Shown in pieces: positions 26,517 through 32,000 of a stretch of DNA of 32,000 bases (positions within the stretch are counted from its first letter, which is position 1; each line of letters begins with the position of its first letter). The translations under genes and the position numbers were made by a program. The DNA comes from Candidatus Terraquivivens tikiterensis (GTDB lineage Archaea; Thermoproteota; Nitrososphaeria_A; Caldarchaeales; Wolframiiraptoraceae), in contig NDWU01000013.1 in assembly GCA_003056285.1 (NCBI GenBank), positions 7,826 to 39,825 of the forward strand, read 5' to 3'. The notes beneath the pieces were generated by a model. The model was not told where the DNA came from. It made no database searches and was given only the letters and a program-made list of their open reading frames with translations.

Positions 26517-26540
26517 TCTTTATCATCTTGTTTATTTTGC

Positions 26541-26807
26541 GTAGGGCTGGAGCGGCCCGAGGTCAAGCCTGCTGAGACCGGACCTCCGTAACCCGCCTTC
26601 CGGACGCGGTATACGGAAAGGGCCTCGCCGGGAGAGGCCTGCGCTCCGGGTGGACGGGAACCGAGCCCGGTCGCTGAGGCAGGAAGCCCAATGGCCCTAA
26701 GGCCTTGGGCAGCTCGTGTAGGAGCGGTGCCGGCATGACCGCGGTGGCGATGAAGAGCCAGAGTTACGCGGACCTGTGAAGAGGAGGCATTTGTCGGAGC
26801 CACCTTT
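26541..26807 (+). ncRNA. ffs: GC-rich structured RNA of about 265 nt, most likely SRP (7S) RNA
   Basis: There is no plausible ORF; the 125-aa minus-strand ORF is Ala/Gly/Arg/Pro-rich GC artefact. Nested stems are dense: GGGC-TGGAGCG-GCCC, GGCCTC-GCCGGGA-GAGGCC, GCCCAATGGCC-CTAA-GGCCTTGGGC, GCGGT...ACCGC, and CCGGG-TGGA-CGG-GAA-CCG-AGC-CCCGG (helix-8-like internal loop). The 5' GGGCTGG and CCGTAACC resemble the SRP Alu-domain UGUAAC region, and the 3' CCTGTGAAGAG resembles the helix 5 3' strand. RNase P was not excluded. Confidence 0.5.
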
Positions 26808-26813
26808 GACGAT

Positions 26814-27157
26814 ATGTGAGGGAAATCCCGCGCCCTTTATTGGTGGGATGGGAGCGGGCAAAGTTTATAGCGGTATACGATGAAACAAAGAAAAAGCTTG
26901 AAAAGCTGAAGGTCCACCCAGGAGAACCCTACGACGACGTTGTAAAAAGTCTGATCGAGAAGTGCGGAAATCCCAGCTGAGCTACAAGCTCTACCATAAG
27001 CCTGGGCATGATGGAAGGTTACCCGAAACCTTTAGCCCTGCATGATAGTGATGAGCGGATGGTAGGCCTGATCCGCCTGCTTATATGGAGCCCCTACTGG
27101 TACTAGCAGGCTCCGTCTTTGGACAGGCCCGCTGGCTTATAGCCTTGGGTAGCTCAA
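26814..27157 (+). mobile_element. mini-element A: decayed internal-deletion derivative of a TnpB-type IS (left-end hairpin, promoter, remnant small ORF, remnant tnpB start, conserved 3' end)
   Basis: It is collinear with 30673-31204. The left ends match (ATGTGAGGGAAATCCC...CAAAGTTTATA). The small-ORF remnant ...AVYDETKKKLEKLKVHPGEPYDDVVKSLIEKCGNPS (stop 26978-26980) has no start codon. QLSYKL is a remnant of the TnpB N-terminus. The 3' block 27017-27157 aligns with 31038-31204. Confidence 0.6.
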
Positions 27158-27204
27158 AACTGTGAAAATCAGGAGCAGGGTAAGAAAAAGTTGGTTTTTG
27201 GAAC

Positions 27205-27531
27205 CTAAGCGCCTAGTATGAAGAACGCGATGACTATGCCGTAGATGGCAAGCGCCTCGGCGAACGCAGCGACTATTATCGCCGTCGTCCTTATCTCCGG
27301 CCTCTCGGCAGCGGCCGCCAAGCCAGCGGAGCCAGCCCTTGCGATGCCGAAGCCTGCAGATACGACCGCGGCGATGAACGCTATGGCCGCAGAAAGTGTC
27401 TTCGGGAATAACTCCGGTGCCTCCTGCGCGGCGGCCACAGGCGTCGTAAAAGATGCCAGCAGAGAAAGCACGAGCAGGAGCCCGAACGCCAGTTGACCGA
27501 TGACGTTTAACCTTAACACCTTTAAGCGCAC
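27205..27531 (-). CDS. atpK: A/V-type ATP synthase proteolipid subunit K (c subunit)
   Basis: Two-helix proteolipid with the conserved carboxylate in AAFAEALAIYGIVIAFFILGA and the loop ERPE. GTG start. Confidence 0.88.
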   Translation of the reverse strand: MRLKVLRLNVIGQLAFGLLLVLSLLASFTTPVAAAQEAPELFPKTLSAAIAFIAAVVSAGFGIARAGSAGLAAAAERPEIRTTAIIVAAFAEALAIYGIVIAFFILGA

Positions 27532-27573
27532 CCCTTTCGCTTGAGGCTTTCAGTGCTTAGCATCTTATAAGGC

Positions 27574-27774
27574 TTACCGCGGAACGTATCTTTTATACCG
27601 TTCGACGAACGCAACGACTAACGCCGTCCAGCATAGCGCAAATATCCCCCAGCCCAAGATCGAGAGTGCGTCGAGCGAATCGAGCATTCTTAAGATCAAT
27701 AGCAAGAGGATAGGTGGGCCTGTGAACAGTATGGCCAATAGCGTTGACCTTAGCAGCAGCTCTCCAAACTTCAT
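27574..27774 (-). CDS. small membrane protein with 2 predicted TM helices
   Basis: 66 aa with two hydrophobic stretches, in line with the atpK-atpD gene string. No family recognised. Confidence 0.4.
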   Translation of the reverse strand: MKFGELLLRSTLLAILFTGPPILLLLILRMLDSLDALSILGWGIFALCWTALVVAFVERYKRYVPR

Positions 27775-27923
27775 CGAGGCACCTTCGTTGGGCTCATCGA
27801 GCCTCGTACCCTCGCTCCGTAAAAGGCTCGCTAGGGTATTTCGGGAAGGGAGCTCTCCTTATCTTCGACATGCTTGGCATCCCCTCGCAACGCATTACCA
27901 TACCGGAGCATGCTCGGAAAAGG

Positions 27924-28196
27924 CTACTCGACCCAGGATAGCCCCCTTAAGGCGCTCAGCACGGAAGACAGCCTGCGCCTCCTAAACCTCTCTATCTCGT
28001 GCAACAGGACCCTCCTAAGCTCGCTTCTCTCTCGCGATAGGACTTCGCTGTGAATTCTCTTGAGCGCATCCATCCGTGCAGACTGTCCCTGCCTGACCCT
28101 ATCGGCAGCTCCCCTTTGGGTTTTGAGCTCTTCCTTCAGCCCCTCCCTAAGCCTTTCAAGAAACTTCTTTTTCCTGGCTTTACCGGAAACAATCAT
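27924..28196 (-). CDS. basic coiled-coil protein, unknown function
   Basis: 90 aa, Arg/Lys/Glu/Leu-rich and helix-like, located between atpD and atpK on the same strand. Confidence 0.4.
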   Translation of the reverse strand: MIVSGKARKKKFLERLREGLKEELKTQRGAADRVRQGQSARMDALKRIHSEVLSRERSELRRVLLHEIERFRRRRLSSVLSALRGLSWVE

Positions 28197-28213
28197 GCGG
28201 ATCCCTTCCGTTT

Positions 28214-28360
28214 TTATCGTTGTTGCCTGCTCAAGGCCTCGTAAGCCTTTTTCAAAAGCTCTTCCGTCTTGGACTCGACATCCCTTGCATACGTTTCCTT
28301 CTTTTCCTTTACGACCCTCCTGGCCCTCTCGAAGGCCTCCTCAACCTCCTTAACCTGCAT
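28214..28360 (-). CDS. 48-aa coiled-coil small ORF (possible A-ATPase peripheral-stalk-like subunit H/G fragment)
   Basis: Not in the track because it is under 60 aa. ATG at 28360 (minus), TAA at 28214-28216. Sequence MQVKEVEEAFERARRVVKEKKETYARDVESKTEELLKKAYEALSRQQR. It overlaps the atpD stop by 11 nt. Confidence 0.35.
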   Translation of the reverse strand: MQVKEVEEAFERARRVVKEKKETYARDVESKTEELLKKAYEALSRQQR

Positions 28361-29015
28361 GCGAGCCAGCCTCCCTTAGCTCAAGCCTTCTTTTGATGTG
28401 CTTCAGCTTGACGAAGTCGTCCCTCTCCCTTTCCTCAAGCGTCATGGATATGAACTTTATCGCTTCCTTGTACTTTGGTATTACGACGTGCTCGAGGGCG
28501 TTGAGGAGGCGCTGGGTCCTCTTTAGCTCCTCCGCGAGCCTGAAGATAGCGTTCTCGAGCTCTGCTGCCTTGCAGACCGTACCCACCAGTTCCCTGAACA
28601 TGCCGGCAGCCTCGTCCAGAGAGACCGTCGTGTCGGCGAAGCCGTATGTTAGCCCTGGCCTCCCGCTATCTTCTACCTCCACTATGGGTATGCTTATGCC
28701 TATTATGGTCCTGGATTTTGCCCTGACGGAAACGCTCTCGGGCACGTTGGCGGCAACGCTCTGCAGCCTCAAGGGCCCCATGCTCAGCATGCTCTCGTGT
28801 AGCGTGTCGTATGCCCTCATGAGCGGCTCCATGAGCTTTCGCCTTGCCTCCTCAGCCTCCTCTATGAGCTCGTTAAGCCTCCTTACGAGTATGTCCCTCT
28901 TGTCCTCCAGTATCCTGTGGACGTTCTGGGCAACATGCAAGGAGCGGCGTATCCTTATCAGCTCCAGCTTCGTCGGCAGGTACTTCCCACCAAGGCTTAC
29001 GGACAACACCACCAC
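28350..29015 (-). CDS. atpD: A/V-type ATP synthase subunit D (central stalk)
   Basis: The N-terminal LPTKLELIRIRRSLHVAQNVHRILEDKRDILVRRL is the characteristic AtpD/Vma8 signature. 221 aa. Confidence 0.9.
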   Translation of the reverse strand: MVVLSVSLGGKYLPTKLELIRIRRSLHVAQNVHRILEDKRDILVRRLNELIEEAEEARRKLMEPLMRAYDTLHESMLSMGPLRLQSVAANVPESVSVRAKSRTIIGISIPIVEVEDSGRPGLTYGFADTTVSLDEAAGMFRELVGTVCKAAELENAIFRLAEELKRTQRLLNALEHVVIPKYKEAIKFISMTLEERERDDFVKLKHIKRRLELREAGSHAG

Positions 29016-29052
29016 CCCGGCAGAGGACCTATGCGTTTAGTCTGGGACGATG

Positions 29053-29865
29053 CTACCCAATCTTCTTCACGTGGAAAAGGCACCTGCTTTGTCCTGTGTT
29101 TAGGCACTCCACCTCCGTCACAGACCAATCTCCGCCGAATAGCTTCGAGAGGTATCCCGTCAAGATGCCCCTGCGTAAGTTACCGGCTGGGCCTTTCGTC
29201 ACACCCGACAGGAGCATGCACTCTACGTGCCCCCATATACCAACACGGAACTCATCCCTCGAAAGGGTTTCGAGCTCGTATTTTGAAAACCATCCAAAGG
29301 CCCTTCCCGCCTGTAACGCAAGCTCAAGTAAAGTTTTTGGTGACGCACCGCTCTCCAACAAAGGCTTATAGGTTCTGGCCAAGAATTCACCTACCATTAA
29401 GCCCAAATGGTAAAGGAAAACAGCTGCGCCGTCCCCGAACTTTTCGTAAAGGCCGTTAAACAACCCCCTAAGGTGCGCATCCGTGAAAATCGCAGCCCTC
29501 TCGTTAAATACACAAAGCTCTTCATAGTATTCTGAGAAGGCTGCCGAGCCTATGGAATCTAACTTAAACTCTTCATAGTCGATGTAGTAAACCCCATCCA
29601 TACTCTTAAGCTCGTCTATCAAGCTACTAAAATTCGAGTTTGAAACGTCAGTAACGTCCAAGTAGATCGCGTTGAAAACGCCATACTTCTCCTCCCCTTC
29701 CAGGGCTACGCTCGTTATGCAACCGACCACGTTGATGTTTCGGGCATATATGGCGCGAAAAACTTTAGCCAGCATGCCAGGAATGTCCCTTAATACGAGG
29801 TTAAGCGTCGTTATTTTCCTACCCTGCCTAAACACGAGCAAAGGCAGGTGCAAACATTTGCTCAA
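29053..29865 (-). CDS. ACT-domain plus V4R-domain (4-vinyl reductase-like) small-molecule-binding protein
   Basis: The N-terminal segment is ACT-like (LNLVLRDIPGMLAKVFRAIYARNINVVG). The C-terminal V4R signature has conserved cysteines ...WGHVECMLL...VTEVECLNTGQSRCLFHV. Confidence 0.6.
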   Translation of the reverse strand: MSKCLHLPLLVFRQGRKITTLNLVLRDIPGMLAKVFRAIYARNINVVGCITSVALEGEEKYGVFNAIYLDVTDVSNSNFSSLIDELKSMDGVYYIDYEEFKLDSIGSAAFSEYYEELCVFNERAAIFTDAHLRGLFNGLYEKFGDGAAVFLYHLGLMVGEFLARTYKPLLESGASPKTLLELALQAGRAFGWFSKYELETLSRDEFRVGIWGHVECMLLSGVTKGPAGNLRRGILTGYLSKLFGGDWSVTEVECLNTGQSRCLFHVKKIG

Positions 29866-29868
29866 GCG

Positions 29869-30621
29869 TTATCGTAAAGCAAAGATGCCGCTCGAATATA
29901 TAGCTTTTAACGCCGCAGCCTCCTCCCATCTGAGTACTGGCATGAAAGGCCTGGCTCCGAAAGTCTCTGCGGTCTCGTACAGCAACGCCCTTACGCTCGA
30001 GGGGTCCACGCCAAGCTTGACAGAAAAGGCATAGCTAAGCGGTGTTAGGACCTTAACCTCGACGACGTTATCGCTAACGCCCCTCGAGCCGATGAGCTCC
30101 TCCACCTCGATCGGCGTAAGGTCCATGGCCAGGACGACGTCAAGCCCGCTCCTTAAGAAGTTCATGAAAAAGTTAACGGTGAGCTCCGAGATCCCTCCTT
30201 CCCTCGGGAGTACGCTAATTGGCAGCCTCTCGACGATGCCGAAGGTCTTGACAAACTCGCTCCGTCCTACCCCCTTTACCCCTAACCGTGCCATGATTTC
30301 CTTGACTGGGATCTCTAAGGCCTCGGTCCTGCCGTCTCTATTAGGGTACGCCACGTGTACCGTCTTGGATGGTTCGACCCTAAAGACCTTCGTCGTCCTC
30401 TCTTCTTCCCCGGATACTGGGTAGTAGCAGAGCTTGTTGAGTAAGTTGACCGTAAATTTTGCGCCCTCGCCCTTGACGACGAACCAGCCGTCATCGTTGA
30501 GCTCGATCGAGGCTTGCACGTAGGCCTTCTCCAGAAGCGCGCTTAGCCATGAGTTCATGTCCGACAGAACCCTCGATACGTCCTTCCTCCACGTCCTCTC
30601 TGGTATCGGTATGGCTGACAT
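29869..30621 (-). CDS. hypothetical protein
   Basis: The ATG at 30621 is preferred over the track's TTG at 30630. Its stop is 3 nt before the ACT-V4R start. No recognisable motif. Confidence 0.5.
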   Translation of the reverse strand: MSAIPIPERTWRKDVSRVLSDMNSWLSALLEKAYVQASIELNDDGWFVVKGEGAKFTVNLLNKLCYYPVSGEEERTTKVFRVEPSKTVHVAYPNRDGRTEALEIPVKEIMARLGVKGVGRSEFVKTFGIVERLPISVLPREGGISELTVNFFMNFLRSGLDVVLAMDLTPIEVEELIGSRGVSDNVVEVKVLTPLSYAFSVKLGVDPSSVRALLYETAETFGARPFMPVLRWEEAAALKAIYSSGIFALR

Positions 30622-30753
30622 CCCTGACAATCCGATGGATACCTACCGAAAAAACTTTAGTAAGTTTTAATAATGTGAGCGGGGAAATCCCACACCATTC
30701 ATGGGTGGAATAAAAGCGAACAAAGTTTATATAAGAACTTATACTCTTTTTAT

Positions 30754-30894
30754 ATGGTTGCTATGGAAGAATATACAACGATTCAAATAAGAAAAGAAAC
30801 GAGGGAAAAGTTGAAGGCTCTTAGAATAACAAAAAGAGAGTCTTATGACGAAATCATAAATAGGTTGATTGAGAAATGCAAAAAGTCCAGCTGA
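30754..30894 (+). CDS. 46-aa small DNA-binding-type ORF (VapB-antitoxin-like N-terminal domain) carried by mini-element B
   Basis: MVAMEEYTTIQIRKETREKLKALRITKRESYDEIINRLIEKCKKSS. It has the same TI.v..E....L......ES..D.I..L pattern as the vapB product at 22558-22785 and the remnant in element A. It overlaps the tnpB-fragment start. Confidence 0.5.
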   Translation: MVAMEEYTTIQIRKETREKLKALRITKRESYDEIINRLIEKCKKSS

Positions 30895-31010
30895 CCTACA
30901 AGTTCAGGCTTTACCCGAAGAAGGAGCAAGAGGAACGGCTACTAGAGACCTTAAAGCTGTGCAGTCAGACCTACAATCACTTTCTAGCACAGTGGAACGG
31001 GAAGGAGAGA
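30876..31010 (+). pseudogene. tnpB: tnpB 5' fragment (N-terminal ~45 codons only)
   Basis: MQKVQLTYKFRLYPKKEQEERLLETLKLCSQTYNHFL is a classic TnpB N-terminus. The rest of the 107-aa track ORF runs through the non-coding 3' block and shows no TnpB features. Confidence 0.6.
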
Positions 31011-31282
31011 ATTCCGAGCGGCACCCCGGAAGGGCTAGGCTACGAAAACCCTTATAGGGACTGGATTTCTGCATGTAGAATAAAGATGAGGGGATGGGGC
31101 AGCCCTGATTCGCCTGCTGAGGTGGAGCCTCTACTGGTAGGGATACCAGCAAGCTCCATCTTTGAAGCAGGAAGCCCGCTGGCTTTCAGCCGTGGGTAGC
31201 TCACCGAGAATCCTTGAGCAAGAAAAGCACGCAGAAAGCATTGGATGCCGTACTGGACCCAGCATCTTTGCGCTAGGCCATA

Positions 31283-32000
31283 TTATTCCATCAGTAAACT
31301 TGTCGTCCAGTAAGGGTTCTGAGCTATGTAATCTTTAATAGACATTACATAGCTCTTGGGACTCATCAGCCTTGGAGCCCTCTTGGGTTCATCGGACCCC
31401 TCATCAGCCTCCTCCCCTGTCAGGGTGAACCCTCTCCAAGCATTTATGAGCTCATCGAAGAGCCTTGGGCTTGGAGAAAGACCCTCCATCTTAAGGTATA
31501 GGTTTATTGCCCCTTTCGGGGCATTAACCATACCACACCTGGAGCACCTTTTGGTTGAATTGTATGGGTTGAGGGTTTTAATGCGAGATTTGTAGCCCAT
31601 CATTACTATCAGTTTCTTCCAATCGCTTTTTGCAATGTTTCTGTTATGTTCCTTGGAATTGTTGAACATTCTTTGCTTTTCAAGACTTTCAAATCCGTGC
31701 ATGTAACCTTTGAACTCTCTGCTTAGAGACGTCGTTACCTTATGCAGAAAATCAATTGCCCTGTTTCTCTCCCTTCTGGAATACTTAGCTAGGATTCTTC
31801 TTAGCGATGGCTTCTTCGAAGCTTTGCTCTGGAGCCTCTTCCTCTTAAGCTCATATGCTCTATGTATGTGGAATAGCTGTGAAAGGTCAACTCTAATCCA
31901 TCCAAGTTTAGGACTGAACCCATCTATGCTCTTCTCATTACTATCCCACGCAATCTTATCATGAATATTCTTTTCTTTATTACTGAACCTGAACGTGATT
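31283..32000 (-). CDS. tnpB: second TnpB-family protein, N-terminus outside the window, C-terminal nuclease/zinc-finger region degenerate
   Basis: The minus frame is open from 32000 down to the stop at 31283; the track shows only the part after the first Met. It reads ...IAWDSNEKSIDG (RuvC-I), ...KYSRRERNRAIDFLHKVTTSL..., MHGFESLEK (RuvC-II) and CSRCG (first zinc knuckle). The second CxxC and the DRDxNAAxNI RuvC-III motif are missing. Confidence 0.7.
   Translation of the reverse strand, partial: ITFRFSNKEKNIHDKIAWDSNEKSIDGFSPKLGWIRVDLSQLFHIHRAYELKRKRLQSKASKKPSLRRILAKYSRRERNRAIDFLHKVTTSLSREFKGYMHGFESLEKQRMFNNSKEHNRNIAKSDWKKLIVMMGYKSRIKTLNPYNSTKRCSRCGMVNAPKGAINLYLKMEGLSPSPRLFDELINAWRGFTLTGEEADEGSDEPKRAPRLMSPKSYVMSIKDYIAQNPYWTTSLLME

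Larger units (their letters stand above)
30673..31204 (+). mobile_element. mini-element B: internal-deletion derivative of a TnpB-type IS (left-end hairpin, promoter, intact small ORF, first ~45 codons of tnpB, conserved 3' end)
   Basis: See the collinearity with 26814-27157. The promoter is CAAAGTTTATATAAG at 30721-30735. Confidence 0.6.

Noticed and set aside
26426-26803. 125-aa minus-strand ORF (MAPTNASSSQVRVTLALHRHRGHAG...)
   Set aside because: It covers the GC-rich SRP-like RNA. It is Ala/Gly/Arg/Pro/Ser-rich with low complexity, has no promoter context, and the region folds into many stems. It is interpreted as an RNA gene, not a CDS.
30876-31199. 107-aa ORF as an intact protein
   Set aside because: Only the first ~45 residues are TnpB-like. 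The rest reads through the conserved non-coding 3' block shared with element A, where the frame is different. It is annotated as a tnpB stub inside a deletion derivative.
1-32000. CRISPR arrays, rRNA genes, additional tRNAs
   Set aside because: No regularly spaced direct repeats and no rRNA-like conserved blocks were seen on either strand. The only convincing cloverleaf is tRNA-Ala at 23332-23405. A by-eye scan can miss intron-containing or split tRNAs.

Overview
By gene content this is a chromosomal window from a hyperthermophilic archaeon, probably Thermoproteota/Crenarchaeota. Supporting genes are gatD/gatE, a short-form XPF, an Ogg2-type glycosylase, a NurA-HerA pair, and A-type ATPase subunits D and K. 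TATA boxes sit about 25-30 nt upstream of start codons, which suggests leaderless transcripts. All calls were made by eye from the sequence and the ORF track, with no searches or folding programs.

Layout:
- 1-13.3 kb: housekeeping core at roughly 53-57% GC (hand counts of a few 60-nt lines). It holds a tight minus-strand operon nurA-herA-ogg-nop2/sun-PUA protein, three paralogous wHTH proteins, gatDE, an aminotransferase, a methyltransferase and an epimerase.
- 13.3-14.7 kb: an intact TnpB preceded only by a 68-aa MerR-type HTH ORF, with no transposase.
- 15.0-23.3 kb: a lower-GC island. It carries a membrane protein, CobN and a fused ChlI-ChlD chelatase, then about 2 kb of AT-rich DNA with vapBC and gene debris, and ends at tRNA-Ala(UGC).
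- 23.4-26.2 kb: two membrane proteins and xpf.
- 26.2-27.2 kb: non-coding GC-rich RNA-like DNA, including a probable SRP/7S RNA, followed by a decayed TnpB-type mini-element.
- 27.2-30.6 kb: atpK, small ORFs, atpD, an ACT-V4R protein and an unknown protein.
- 30.7-32.0 kb: a second mini-element copy and a second, C-terminally degenerate TnpB.

Most interesting observations:
- Three related, strongly structured non-coding elements of about 200-270 nt (R1 at 14.7-14.96 kb minus, R3 at 24.18-24.42 kb, R2 at 26.17-26.45 kb). R1 and R2 are inverted and bracket the island.
- Two different TnpB lineages are each paired with a small overlapping DNA-binding ORF instead of a transposase. There are also mini-elements that keep only the ends, including an omega-RNA-like 3' module.
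- A triplet of paralogous wHTH proteins lies between gatE and nurA.

No CRISPR array or rRNA gene was seen.
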